From: a virus
Lineage: Duplodnaviria; Caudoviricetes
Direction: 5' to 3' (one strand)
IMG/VR virus record: IMGVR_UViG_3300039004_000002
Coordinates: 1 to 53,289 of that record
Length of the DNA stretch: 53,289 bases
Made by a program: the position numbers and the translations under genes. Every line of letters starts with the position of its first letter. Position 1 is the first letter of the stretch. This document shows, piece by piece, positions 33,516 to 43,528 of the stretch. Under the pieces are notes generated by a model. It made no database searches, was not told the DNA's origin, and was given only the letters and a program-made list of their open reading frames with translations.

Positions 33516-35724
33516 TAGCATAATCTACCTTTTTCAAGATTTTTAACGTCTCGCGTTCATACCACTCATAATCCACATCAGACGGGAATACATCAGGCAA
33601 GTCCATAAGTGGTTGTGCCCCGTCAGATTTTGGAACTTTGTTGCCTGACTTAGCATACACGATCTCACCGGGAATGTCTTTCCCGTAGTACCAGCGAATC
33701 GCCTTACCTAAAAAGGTGCCAGGTTGACCTTGTTCATATAGTTTAACTGCACCCCCTTTTACTGTGCGCACGTTGACGAACTTGGTGATATCGTTACACC
33801 CGCGAATCGTCTGCTCGATTGGTTTATTGTTGATAAGAAGTTCTTTGATTGCATCCACGCAAATTTCGTTCTGTGGGTTCTTGGATAGCCCAGGCTTAGC
33901 GAATACACCTTTAGTCTTAACACGATCCTCAAGCTCATCGTCTTCGCGCCAGGTGGTTGGGTCTTTCACTGCGATGTAGTTATTAACATCACGACTGAAC
34001 AACGCCTTATAAAGTGTTTCTTCAGTGTCAAACCCTGTATCACGTTCCCATTGCGCAACAATCTCATCCATCATAGATTCCATGTGTTTGGGACACTTGA
34101 TAACGATCCCGTCAGTGTTTGCACTGACCACGGGGATTCCAGCTAACTCTAGACGCTCAATGAGTAGCAGCAAGCTCAGCTGACCTGTCAAGGTCACTTG
34201 TATTAGCAAGTCAGGAGAGTACAAGATAGAGAAGGCGCTTCCGAGCTTACCGTATGTTCCGTTGATAACGATCTTTAAGCTGTCCGCTATAGTCTTCCAG
34301 AACTTCTCTTGATCTTTATCACCTGCGTCTTTAGCGTGCTTGGCTCTGTTCTTAGCTTCAACCCGACGTTCAACAATGTCACGGAATACAATAAGGAAGT
34401 TCGGACCCAAGTGATGCGGATACAGACCAAGGTTTAGAATGATATATGGGTAATATGAAGTAACATCCACGTCCTTCAATATTGTGTTAGGTCCTGCGAA
34501 GTGTGCCGTACTCTTCTCCGTACTGTGCAACCCACCAATCCGCAATGTATAGACGCTCTGATTAATGCGAATAGACATTTCCTTCAGTTCTTCGGGTAGA
34601 CCTATATTACCAAACTCCGACACGATGAAATTGGTGTTGCACACTGTATTCAACACGCCTTGCATGAGTGGGGTGCGAAACTGAAGAAACGCTGGGGCCC
34701 TGTAGCGGTACACAGTGCCAGGATCGATCGTCGGGCTATGTGCGCGGCAGTGATTCAGTTTCTCTACCTCTGCACCAATTACAGCCTCCGCAATCTGGGC
34801 ATCAGACTTGGACCTAAGGTCAGTACCATACTCCCGACCCATCTCCTCGCGCAATGCTAATTCCTTCAAGAGCTCGTTATGTAGCTCAACAGTAGTACGC
34901 AAGTCGTTCACACAGTACCAACGCACAATAGCGCGTTGAGGTTCTGTTAATACCGTATCAGGATGGAAAGGCAAGTCCTGCATTCTGCGCGTGTGCATAC
35001 GCCCGCCGTAAATCTTCAGACTTGCGAATAGCGGGGCCACTTCAACGATATCAATGTGGTCACACTTTAGCTTCTTCACTTTGTAATGGCGCAACACATC
35101 CCAGCCGCGTTCATTTTGCTCAATGATAGCACTTGTGGCAGACTTCATCATTGCAGTTGAGCAGCCATGCACAGCCATAGACGCGATGTTTATATCGTAC
35201 GAATTAGAGTTAAACCCTATCACACAGAAGTGGTCGAAGATCCATTGGAGCTTTGGTATATTGAGAAGTGAATCATCACTAAGCTCAAGGTAGGTCACTT
35301 TCCCTCTGGTGAGGGATATAAAAGCGATCAGAAAATAGTTGCCATAACACTCAATATCGAATACGAGCTTATGCTTCTTCCCAGTCGTAAACAACTCGTG
35401 AGCCATGTCAACTAGCTCATCGTCTGTCAACTGAGGTATATTGAAGGCACGCGCTTCTTCTAGACCTGGGAGATAGTCAGGAGCTAACCACACAGGTTCA
35501 GGTGGTGTTCGTTTCTCACCTGTTTTGTTGGCGCGGGCTAACTTGTAAGCACTATCAAGACCCATGCAAATAGTGCGAGGGTCTTCAACAGTTTCCAGCT
35601 TCCATTCTTCAGCCCAGAAGCCTGGGAACACTTGTACCCAACCTTCCTCAGTAAGTAATGTCTGCTTCTTTTCTGTTTTATAGTCGGTGTCTTCCCAGAA
35701 TAGACCATGGGAGTCTAATCTCAT
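33505..35724 (-). CDS. family B DNA polymerase with 3'-5' exonuclease
   Basis: FDIECY, GFNSNSYD, YCVND (Exo I-III); DVTSYYP, KIVINGTYGK, NTDG (Pol A-C). Confidence 0.92.
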   Translation of the reverse strand: MRLDSHGLFWEDTDYKTEKKQTLLTEEGWVQVFPGFWAEEWKLETVEDPRTICMGLDSAYKLARANKTGEKRTPPEPVWLAPDYLPGLEEARAFNIPQLTDDELVDMAHELFTTGKKHKLVFDIECYGNYFLIAFISLTRGKVTYLELSDDSLLNIPKLQWIFDHFCVIGFNSNSYDINIASMAVHGCSTAMMKSATSAIIEQNERGWDVLRHYKVKKLKCDHIDIVEVAPLFASLKIYGGRMHTRRMQDLPFHPDTVLTEPQRAIVRWYCVNDLRTTVELHNELLKELALREEMGREYGTDLRSKSDAQIAEAVIGAEVEKLNHCRAHSPTIDPGTVYRYRAPAFLQFRTPLMQGVLNTVCNTNFIVSEFGNIGLPEELKEMSIRINQSVYTLRIGGLHSTEKSTAHFAGPNTILKDVDVTSYYPYIILNLGLYPHHLGPNFLIVFRDIVERRVEAKNRAKHAKDAGDKDQEKFWKTIADSLKIVINGTYGKLGSAFSILYSPDLLIQVTLTGQLSLLLLIERLELAGIPVVSANTDGIVIKCPKHMESMMDEIVAQWERDTGFDTEETLYKALFSRDVNNYIAVKDPTTWREDDELEDRVKTKGVFAKPGLSKNPQNEICVDAIKELLINNKPIEQTIRGCNDITKFVNVRTVKGGAVKLYEQGQPGTFLGKAIRWYYGKDIPGEIVYAKSGNKVPKSDGAQPLMDLPDVFPSDVDYEWYERETLKILKKVDYAIAS

Positions 35725-36674
35725 GTTCTCATTCCTATAATCGCTCCACGTAAACGTTCCCCGTAAAAAATACAGGGTTTCGGGTAGCTTGTAAAGTCTA
35801 TTGAATTGGCGATACCTTTAAGAAGGTTCAATATACGCAACTGGTAGACGCCTTCATATGGGAAGTCGGGAATCTCAAAACTAGCTCCTTCCCCTTCAAC
35901 AAGTGTAGTCGACATAACTCCATCAGTGATATAGACGCGCTCTAATTTGTCAACGAAGGGTTTAATGCTATCAAGCCCTTCAAAGATGCGTTCGTCAATG
36001 ACTGTTGCGTCACACGCTACATCAAGGATCTTGTTCAAGTCCGGCCATCGTATATCAAGCAGTGCAGTTCTAATCCAACGACCATCACTGTAGTGAAATG
36101 AAATACTCTGATCGTTAACTTGCGCACGTTCAGGTGGCTCGTTAATACGAATCATTTCACGGATTGCTATTTTCGGGACATTACATACGATCGGAAATGT
36201 ACTGCCAACCCAATACTCGATGACAGATACGTTATTGGTCGCGAATGCGCTTTGCCCCTTTAGAAGCACCCCGTTAGACCAAGGGCGTGAAGCATCGTCC
36301 CCAATAAATGGGCTGATCACCTTTAGTGCTTTAAGAAGTGCATCCCCGTCAATTTCGAACTCCTCACCTTCTGGCATCACGTGCGGGGTCTCTTCTTCCA
36401 CACACTCAATGAATGCCTTGAATGACCCAGACTTAATACCAAGCCGGCCAGCTGCGGTCATACTCATCGTCACGGTGTCTTTGCAGTTTTGAATCGCCTT
36501 TACAAAGGGCTCAGCCCTGGGAGTACAGTCAATATCTAAGTTGATAGGGCAACACAAAGCCAGCGTTCCGTTATAGCTGCGCACTGTGCCACCTTCAATT
36601 CGAAAGTGTGTCAGGGTAGGTATCAGCTCCTTCTTAGCAACTGCACCCTGAACGAATTTAAGTTCTGCTAACAT
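35721..36674 (-). CDS. DNA polymerase beta-clamp-like protein
   Basis: Adjacent to PolB; IPTLTHFRIEG, DASRPWSNGV..ATN, PCIF..RGAIIGMR. Confidence 0.75.
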   Translation of the reverse strand: MLAELKFVQGAVAKKELIPTLTHFRIEGGTVRSYNGTLALCCPINLDIDCTPRAEPFVKAIQNCKDTVTMSMTAAGRLGIKSGSFKAFIECVEEETPHVMPEGEEFEIDGDALLKALKVISPFIGDDASRPWSNGVLLKGQSAFATNNVSVIEYWVGSTFPIVCNVPKIAIREMIRINEPPERAQVNDQSISFHYSDGRWIRTALLDIRWPDLNKILDVACDATVIDERIFEGLDSIKPFVDKLERVYITDGVMSTTLVEGEGASFEIPDFPYEGVYQLRILNLLKGIANSIDFTSYPKPCIFYGERLRGAIIGMRT

Positions 36675-36855
36675 GATTATGATTATCCTCTTTCTCGGAT
36701 TCGTTTGCGAATGCCTTATGATATTTCTTTTCAATCTCCCTTAACTTATCTCTAGCGGCTTGCTTGGCCTCACTGTCCGGTAAGTGTGCCATAGACGCTA
36801 CAATAGCATTAAACTTGATGTAGTCGGCTAGAATTTCCCTCTGTATTTTATTCAT
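36658..36855 (-). CDS. hypothetical protein
   Basis: Fills the gap between dpdA and the clamp gene. Confidence 0.5.
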   Translation of the reverse strand: MNKIQREILADYIKFNAIVASMAHLPDSEAKQAARDKLREIEKKYHKAFANESEKEDNHNHVSRT

Positions 36856-36866
36856 TCGGCATATCA

Positions 36867-37784
36867 TTAGAAGAGCTCCGGTTGGCATGATTTGAAATTG
36901 CCTGGGTTGTCGCGATCAATCTGTTTGTTAATTTCACCAAATGCCCAGAGGTTGTATGCAGCACGCGATTCATAAACTGTGGACAGGCGCTCATAGTTGA
37001 ACCCCTGTAACTCAAACAAGTCAAGAACTTGCTTTTGCTGTATAGCGGGAAGGTTGCATACATGCTGGCCAGCATCGTGACGGCTCGGAGACTTTTCGGA
37101 TACGGACATAGGACCGTGATCCGGCATAATCACTGAGCCATATGCAGCGGACTGAATCCACGAAGATGAGTCACAACTCCACCAAGGATAACGCTCCATG
37201 ATGGGGATTGACGTAATACCAAATCCATGAACCTTGATACGCGGATTCCCGCTACCATCTGTCAGATACTTATCCCACATCCGGTCCAGCCAGATCATGA
37301 GCTGCTTGGTACTGGAACCCACCATACCACCTAGCGTGATATATTCGTAGTTCTTGACGTACCACTCTAGATAGCGTTCATCCTCACCAGCGTGGAAACA
37401 TGGAAGCGGGCGCACGCCCTGCCTTTCCATTTCCATCTGGTTTTCATAGGTAAGCTGTGGGTCACCAATACCATCCAGCACAGACGCCATCACTATACCA
37501 TCGTCCACACGTATTATATCAGAGTTCCTTTTAATATAATCGCAGTAGGCAGTGATATCTAAATCAACGCCCAATGTGTATGCAGAGAATGCACCGGAGT
37601 CAAGAAAGATCAGGTCACCTTTCTCGCGTATAGCATTCACGAAGCTCTCTTTGTGAATGTAGTGATATGACTCTAGCAGGTGCGGCAGGTTGTCAACGAC
37701 GTGCTTTTCACGGTCGTTTAACTTCACATAACGGTTCGTATGACGGTATCCGTTGGAGTGAAGCGCCGCCATGTAAATGTACAT
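36867..37784 (-). CDS. dpdA: DpdA, TGT-family DNA-guanine transglycosylase
   Basis: FLDSGAFSA, LDGIGD, PCFHAGE, VHGFG, PWWSCDSSSW; adjacent to the que genes. Confidence 0.88.
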   Translation of the reverse strand: MYIYMAALHSNGYRHTNRYVKLNDREKHVVDNLPHLLESYHYIHKESFVNAIREKGDLIFLDSGAFSAYTLGVDLDITAYCDYIKRNSDIIRVDDGIVMASVLDGIGDPQLTYENQMEMERQGVRPLPCFHAGEDERYLEWYVKNYEYITLGGMVGSSTKQLMIWLDRMWDKYLTDGSGNPRIKVHGFGITSIPIMERYPWWSCDSSSWIQSAAYGSVIMPDHGPMSVSEKSPSRHDAGQHVCNLPAIQQKQVLDLFELQGFNYERLSTVYESRAAYNLWAFGEINKQIDRDNPGNFKSCQPELF

Positions 37785-37830
37785 AAGGCCTCCTCGGGTA
37801 AAAGAGGACTGGATAACCAGCCCTCATAAT

Positions 37831-37859
37831 ATTATAACGCCTGAGCTATTGTCTCGCAA
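37831..37859 (-). promoter_or_regulatory. promoter for dpdA (TTGCGA-17-TATAAT)
   Basis: Perfect -10 with 17-bp spacer. Confidence 0.7.
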
Positions 37860-38751
37860 GTGCCATAAACTCGGCGCGAGTCTCAGACTCCTCGAGGAAG
37901 ACGCCCTTCAATGCTGTGGTCACTGTGTGATGCCCCTGCTGACAAATACCACGAGACTCCATACACATATGACGCGCCTTGATCATTACTGCAACACCCT
38001 TTGGCTCAAGATGTTTAAACAAAGCGTCAGCGATCTGGTTAGTGAGGCGCTCTTGTACTTGCAACCGTCGCGCATACATATCAGCAAGCCTTGACAGCTT
38101 CGACAGCCCTACAATCTTTCCGTTCGGAATATAGGCGATAGTTGCTGTGCCAAAGATGTCAGCCATGTGGTGTTCACACTTACTGTAGATTGGGATGTCT
38201 TTAACCACAACCATCTGGTCGTATTTCTCGCCACCGTCTTCGAACACCTTTAACAAGTCTTCAGGTTTCTTGCCGTAACCGCTGAACCAGTGTTGCAGTG
38301 CCTTAGCTACTCGCGTAGGTGTTTCTTTAAGCCCTTCACGTGAGGCGTCATCCCCTGTGAATTCAATCAATCTGACAATATGATCTTCAATACCCCCTTC
38401 AGCTGTACCCTCCCAAGGAAATACGACCCACTTACCCCTGTATGGGCACGCTGGGTCGGTCTTGTCAATCAGCGCCAGAAAAGGTTTGCCCGGGTATTCA
38501 TCACACCAGCGTTCCATTGTAGCGCCACTATCAATAATGTCATCGAAGAAGAAGTCTGCTTCATTTGGATCGTCAACCACTTCAAGATTGTAGTTGGCAT
38601 CCAATGCGTAAGCAGCAGGAATCCCACCTCTTGGAATGGCATAAAGCTTGCCTGGTTTTTTCTTATCAAGCCAACCTTGCTTAGCAAGAGTATCACCTAA
38701 AGCGAGGCACAAGTTTTCGATATCAGAATGGGTTAGAATTATCTGTGACAT
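37846..38751 (-). CDS. folE: type I phosphoribosyltransferase fused to GTP cyclohydrolase I
   Basis: N-terminal AIPRGG, FDDIIDSGAT, WVVFPWE; C-terminal ETPTRVA, SKCEHH, GLSKLSR, QVQERLT, HMCMESRG. Confidence 0.92.
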   Translation of the reverse strand: MSQIILTHSDIENLCLALGDTLAKQGWLDKKKPGKLYAIPRGGIPAAYALDANYNLEVVDDPNEADFFFDDIIDSGATMERWCDEYPGKPFLALIDKTDPACPYRGKWVVFPWEGTAEGGIEDHIVRLIEFTGDDASREGLKETPTRVAKALQHWFSGYGKKPEDLLKVFEDGGEKYDQMVVVKDIPIYSKCEHHMADIFGTATIAYIPNGKIVGLSKLSRLADMYARRLQVQERLTNQIADALFKHLEPKGVAVMIKARHMCMESRGICQQGHHTVTTALKGVFLEESETRAEFMALARQ

Positions 38752-38752
38752 T

Positions 38753-39244
38753 TTATACTCCGTAAGAGGCGTGGCATTTAGCAGTTTCCTCGATCAGCAC
38801 TTCAGTCAGTACGACGCCAGTGCCAGCGAGCTGTTGTGGACCAATTACCTTGACAAGATGCTCGGCCATGTTTTCAGCGGTGGGGTTGAAAGGTACCCAC
38901 ACAATAGATTCCTTCCACTTACCAAAGCCGTCATCCCCTCCGACAGCTTGTTTTCCAACTGCACCGTCAATGGCGCGTATCAGTGGATCCTTCTCCCAGG
39001 CTAGAAACTTGTGATCCCATTCGTCTTCAAGCCACATACACAGCTTCTCCTTGACGACACTGAAATCAATCACTCGACCAACGGTATCAAGACCTGAACC
39101 AAGCTCTTTGCTGATACGTGACTCATCCACAACACAAGTGAAGTGGACTCGATAATTGTGCCCGTGCAAGTGTTGGCACTTGCTTTCATGCCCTGTGACG
39201 CGATGCCCAGCGCAGATGTCGTGATAGCGATGTACTTTGTGCAT
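38753..39244 (-). CDS. queD: 6-carboxytetrahydropterin synthase
   Basis: AGHRV...CQHLHGHNY, DHKFL, PTAEN, ET. Confidence 0.92.
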   Translation of the reverse strand: MHKVHRYHDICAGHRVTGHESKCQHLHGHNYRVHFTCVVDESRISKELGSGLDTVGRVIDFSVVKEKLCMWLEDEWDHKFLAWEKDPLIRAIDGAVGKQAVGGDDGFGKWKESIVWVPFNPTAENMAEHLVKVIGPQQLAGTGVVLTEVLIEETAKCHASYGV

Positions 39245-39247
39245 TGA

Positions 39248-40678
39248 TTATTCCTCGTATAGGATGACTTCGGTTAGCTCGTTGATCATAAACGCTGTGC
39301 GCCGCATATAGCAGGGCCCACACTTGCCGCAATGCAACTCGCCATTCTTATAGCAGCTCCAGGTCAAGTGCATAGGTGCGCCAACACTGTGCCCCAGGGC
39401 GACGATTTCGTGCTTCATAAGATCACCCACTGGCATGAGTACGCGCACACGCTTACCGTCGCCAACAGCAAACGGAAGGATCTCATTAAAACGGCGAATG
39501 AACTCAGGCTCGTTATCTGGATAGGCACCTGCTTCCTCCATATTGTTACCGAGCACAATATAGTCGAATCCGTTGGCCTCTGCGTATGCTGTGGCCACAC
39601 TTAACATCACAAGGTTCCGCGCTGGGACCCATTCATGTGCAAACTCAGCACCAGCTTCGCCTCCAGCGATTTCACTATTCTTATCAAACAGTCTTGAGTC
39701 TTTAGGGTCATAGATGTTAAGTGGGAAAGCACGGACATTGACTTCCAATTCACGCGCAATTTCAAAGATCGCGCTGACTTCTTTTTCCTCAGCTCTGCAA
39801 CCATACTCAAAATGAAGCAGTTCCACGTCGTATCCCTGCTTCTTACAGACTGCGGCCGCAACAGTGCTATCAAGGCCACCGCTGGCAACTACTAGGGCGC
39901 GAGGTTTCTTTTCAGGATCTGGTACTTGCAAGAAGTCGGTCTGGATAATGAGCTCACTAGGACTCCAGCGATCGTCATACATAAAGCGATTCACTGTGTA
40001 AGGCTCAAGCGCAACAGGTGTCAAGTTATTAGGGAAGTATTCCTTGGCACTTGCAAAGAACACTCCAACATCTGTCTTCGCATACCAGACTGGTCTATAA
40101 TTGGCTGCGACCAATAACTGTTCTGGATATTGCTCATGTGCTCCCAGGATGGCAAAGCTGCCAACGATGTTTCGTACTGTATTGTCAAAGACAGCGTATG
40201 CAGCGTCCGCGTTCTCGAATAGCTGCCCCTGTACGCCGAGAGCTTCGACGATCGCAGCAGAGTCAATATCTGTGTCAACCTCGTGCGTCCGCAATTCCTT
40301 GTCGTTTGCTATCGTACCGTTATGCACAATAGACCAGGCGATGTTGCTGTAAGGTTGTTGGTCTTGCTTGCGCTTGTGACGTACATACTCAGTGGTCGGT
40401 TCAGCCCGGAAGTTACCAATGATGATTCCCTTATTGATTGTCTGTGCAAGGTCAGCCAGGATAGGTGTTTCAACTCCACCAACTTCGCAGCGCGTAACAT
40501 CTTTCAACTCGTCAGTCCATTTCTGTTCCCCGACCATATCATAGATCAGTTTCCATCCATAGCCATCACGCCCACGCGCACGACTGGCGGCCAGTATATG
40601 CGTGAGGATGTTTTCAGCCTTCAACGCCTTGTCAGGCGAGTCAATACGATTGAGTAGTGCTCCAATAATTGCGCACAT
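39248..40678 (-). CDS. queC: Gat-QueC: Ntn glutamine amidotransferase fused to preQ0 synthase
   Basis: N-terminal MC, RGRDG, RAEPT, VHNGTI, DSA; C-terminal SGGLDS, VPARN, YPD, SCY...HCGKCGPC. Confidence 0.93.
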   Translation of the reverse strand: MCAIIGALLNRIDSPDKALKAENILTHILAASRARGRDGYGWKLIYDMVGEQKWTDELKDVTRCEVGGVETPILADLAQTINKGIIIGNFRAEPTTEYVRHKRKQDQQPYSNIAWSIVHNGTIANDKELRTHEVDTDIDSAAIVEALGVQGQLFENADAAYAVFDNTVRNIVGSFAILGAHEQYPEQLLVAANYRPVWYAKTDVGVFFASAKEYFPNNLTPVALEPYTVNRFMYDDRWSPSELIIQTDFLQVPDPEKKPRALVVASGGLDSTVAAAVCKKQGYDVELLHFEYGCRAEEKEVSAIFEIARELEVNVRAFPLNIYDPKDSRLFDKNSEIAGGEAGAEFAHEWVPARNLVMLSVATAYAEANGFDYIVLGNNMEEAGAYPDNEPEFIRRFNEILPFAVGDGKRVRVLMPVGDLMKHEIVALGHSVGAPMHLTWSCYKNGELHCGKCGPCYMRRTAFMINELTEVILYEE

Positions 40679-41367
40679 TATTCAACTCCTAAGATTTTGT
40701 GAATTTGTAATTGAAGGATATAGCCGTTCTTGATACAACTATCTTTGACGGCCATCATGTTACGGTGATTCTGTGCAATGTTCTGTGAATCCATAGGCTG
40801 GAGATATACAGTCATCCCAGCAGGTGGACGCGCCACTTTTGGCGAAGCACTGTGGTCAAGTGCAAGAATAGGAAGCCCGTCTTTAGGATCAACGCTGTCA
40901 GCGTGCATCACGTACTTATAGCAGTTAGCCCGGGATGTCATTTTGGTATTGACGCTTCCGGTCTTAGGGCTGCACACCACAACGACACGGTCGTCAAGAT
41001 TCTTACTGGGAGGGAGTGTTCCATTAGTTTCGACTTGGACGCGGAAACCTGCTTTCAACAGTGTGTTAGCAAGAATCGAAATGTTCTGTCGAAAGGGTTC
41101 GCCCCCAGTGATGACCACAAGCCTTGGGCCTGCACATTGCTCGCTGACCATGGTGTTATAAATCTCTTCGAGGGACATACGCTGACGCCCTTGTGTATAC
41201 TCGGTGTCACAGCCAGGACATTGTAGGTTGCATCCAGCGAGGCGGATAAAGATTGCAGGGAATCCGGTGAAAGGACCTTCACCTTGAATGGTACGAAAGA
41301 TGGAGTGGACTTCTAATTCTTTGCCTGTGCTTGAGGCAATACTTTTTTCACGTTCTTGAGTGTTCAT
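40678..41367 (-). CDS. queE: 7-carboxy-7-deazaguanine synthase (radical SAM)
   Basis: TIQGEG, GCNLQCPGCDT, ITGGEP, ETNG, SPK, QIHK. Confidence 0.93.
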   Translation of the reverse strand: MNTQEREKSIASSTGKELEVHSIFRTIQGEGPFTGFPAIFIRLAGCNLQCPGCDTEYTQGRQRMSLEEIYNTMVSEQCAGPRLVVITGGEPFRQNISILANTLLKAGFRVQVETNGTLPPSKNLDDRVVVVCSPKTGSVNTKMTSRANCYKYVMHADSVDPKDGLPILALDHSASPKVARPPAGMTVYLQPMDSQNIAQNHRNMMAVKDSCIKNGYILQLQIHKILGVE

Positions 41368-41465
41368 TGAACCTCCGGGAAGTTTAACGGCAGAGCCGAT
41401 GGGTTACGGAGTCCGGAATTGCCGGACCCTGCATACTGTAGCAGGGTCAGCAGGCAGAAGCTAGA

Positions 41466-42050
41466 TTATTCAGTAGCAGCTTCTTCCTTCGGCAAAGCTA
41501 CGCGGCCAGTGATGCCGTAAAACTTACGCCAGCGGGCGTATTCAGCCTTGACATTACCGGCGTTCAAGCCTTCAGCTTCAGCAGCTTCAAGCAGATCCTT
41601 GATAGGGGTAGGCTGGCCAAACTTCGCAGACAAGTCATCTGCAATCTGCCAGGCACGTCCACACAGGGTATCGGGCTTCGGACGACGGATGCCATTCTGT
41701 TCGGGCATACGATTGGCTTCGCGTTCAGCAGCTTTAGCCGCCTTCGCTTCTTCACGTGCTTTTGCCTTTGCATCGCGCTCAGCTTGCTTGGCAGCTTTCT
41801 CAGCTTCCTTTTCAGCTTTCTTGGCTTCGCGTTCTGCATTGCGCTCAATGGTAGCTTCTTCCTTGGTGACAGCCGTGTTGGCTTTCTTCAAGGCGCTTTC
41901 AGCTTTGCGCAAATCAGCCTTCTTTGCCTTCACTGCATCCTTGTCCACAGTTTCAGCGGATTCAATGGCGGACAGCTCGGCCTTCAGGTTTTCAACAGTA
42001 CCTTCCGCTTCGATAGCGGCATTCTTCAGTTCAGACAGTTTGTCAGACAT
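41466..42050 (-). CDS. Ala/Lys/Glu coiled-coil protein with conserved C-terminal domain
   Basis: C-terminus PEQNGIRRP...W..AD...Y.RWRKFYGITGR. Confidence 0.85.
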   Translation of the reverse strand: MSDKLSELKNAAIEAEGTVENLKAELSAIESAETVDKDAVKAKKADLRKAESALKKANTAVTKEEATIERNAEREAKKAEKEAEKAAKQAERDAKAKAREEAKAAKAAEREANRMPEQNGIRRPKPDTLCGRAWQIADDLSAKFGQPTPIKDLLEAAEAEGLNAGNVKAEYARWRKFYGITGRVALPKEEAATE

Positions 42051-42109
42051 GGTGGGTCTCCAGTAGGTTGGGTCAACTATACAAATCGCGTTCTACAGAA
42101 CGGAAGTGC

Positions 42110-42138
42110 AATGTAACAGTTCAGCTCGAGGATTGCAA
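42110..42138 (-). promoter_or_regulatory. promoter (TTGCAA-17-TACATT)
   Basis: Intergenic, 17-bp spacer. Confidence 0.55.
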
Positions 42139-42141
42139 CCC

Positions 42142-42882
42142 CTAATAGGGCGCCCGGGCTTTATGCCACTGGCCGAGCTCAGAGCTTGAACTCGCTCGCT
42201 TGATACCCTCCTCGGTTTCAAGATGTACCATGATATCCTTACGAAGTGAAAGGACTGTTTCCTTGTCTGTAGGCTTACCTGAGTCCTCCCACATTTTGTC
42301 GGCAGTTTGCCAGATGATAGCTTTAGCTGTGCCGCGCTTGGGGCCGCTGCGCACTTTTACTGGCTGCTGTACACTGACCCCAGGCCGATCCTGGCCTGTG
42401 CGTGGCGTAGCGACCGGCGCTGCACGTTTCAAAGCAGGGAGCTTGCCGGCCATTGCATTTTGCTCTTCCACCTCGTTCCTAAGTGCTTGCCTGCACTGCG
42501 GTTCAAAAAGATCAGCTTGCTGCGCAGGCCTGGACGCACCCTTCACGTAGAGCCACCGACGTTCATCGCCTTCCTTGATATATTCTGCCTGACGGTCTAC
42601 TTCAAAGGCATTGATATCAGACTCAGAGATACGACTACACAAATCATAGATGACTTGCAGAACCTGAGGGCGACTGAATGTGTGGTCATCCTGTCCAGTG
42701 ATATTCCGGTACAGTATCTTCAGCTCCATATCAGTGAAGTCTTTGAAGCCGGTGGTATCATCTACGGGAAAGATGGAATACGGAGCGTTATGACATTCAA
42801 TCCAGGCCACATTAGCAAGGACGTCAACGTCGCTGTGCTTGTGCAGCAAGGCCATTCGCTCTCTGTCAATTAAGATGTACAT
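42142..42882 (-). CDS. hypothetical protein with diverged copy of the neighbouring genes' C-terminal domain
   Basis: GGAG RBS before ATG 42882; PKRGTAKAIIWQTAD...ELGQWHK. Confidence 0.8.
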   Translation of the reverse strand: MYILIDRERMALLHKHSDVDVLANVAWIECHNAPYSIFPVDDTTGFKDFTDMELKILYRNITGQDDHTFSRPQVLQVIYDLCSRISESDINAFEVDRQAEYIKEGDERRWLYVKGASRPAQQADLFEPQCRQALRNEVEEQNAMAGKLPALKRAAPVATPRTGQDRPGVSVQQPVKVRSGPKRGTAKAIIWQTADKMWEDSGKPTDKETVLSLRKDIMVHLETEEGIKRASSSSELGQWHKARAPY

Positions 42883-42940
42883 AATCACTCCTAGAGGTGT
42901 GGCGGGTGTCCAGCACCCGCCTTCTCTTGTTTGGGTCAGA

Positions 42941-43468
42941 TTACTTCTGACGACCGTTGATACCGTGGAACTTGCGCCATTGATACATCTCGATGACTGC
43001 ATTGTTCTCATTGACGTCTACTTCCCTTGCCCATTCACGCATCTGCTTAGGCATTGGCAGCTGACCGCCAGCGTATACTGAATCGCAGAAGTCCCATACT
43101 TGGCGACACTTGCCACCAACTGAAGGGCGCACAATACCGTTCTGCTCAGGGCGATCTTTTTCAATCTTGATACCCTTTCCAGTTTCTACCATATCGGTTA
43201 CTTCAACTGGTGCAGGCTTGCGTGTAGCACGTCCAACCTGCTGAACATGTAAAGCACGTTCTTCTTTGAGTTCGACTTCCTTCTCTTCGCTAACGACGCC
43301 AACTCGGTCGCTGTTGAAGTGCGGATAGAAACCGTTTTCTTTATCACCTTCAATGGTGAAGAACTTGTCTTCGTCGCCTTTGATAGCTGCTTCAGTAAGA
43401 CTACGGTCTTTAACCAGCATACGAATAGCGGCGCGTTTTGCATTAGACTTGTTTGAGTAAGTTTTCAT
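42941..43468 (-). CDS. hypothetical protein, paralog of 41466-42050 C-terminal domain
   Basis: PEQNGIVRP...VWDFCD...YQWRKFHGINGR; AGGAG RBS. Confidence 0.85.
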   Translation of the reverse strand: MKTYSNKSNAKRAAIRMLVKDRSLTEAAIKGDEDKFFTIEGDKENGFYPHFNSDRVGVVSEEKEVELKEERALHVQQVGRATRKPAPVEVTDMVETGKGIKIEKDRPEQNGIVRPSVGGKCRQVWDFCDSVYAGGQLPMPKQMREWAREVDVNENNAVIEMYQWRKFHGINGRQK

Positions 43469-43528
43469 TTCGTATCTCCTAGTTGAGTCTGATTATTCAT
43501 GTGCTGCTTTATTGCTACACATGAATAC

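Noticed and set aside
42901-42921. Hairpin GGCGGGTG-TCCAG-CACCCGCC as terminator
   Set aside because: No U-tract in the transcribed (minus) direction; may be a stabilising or processing stem
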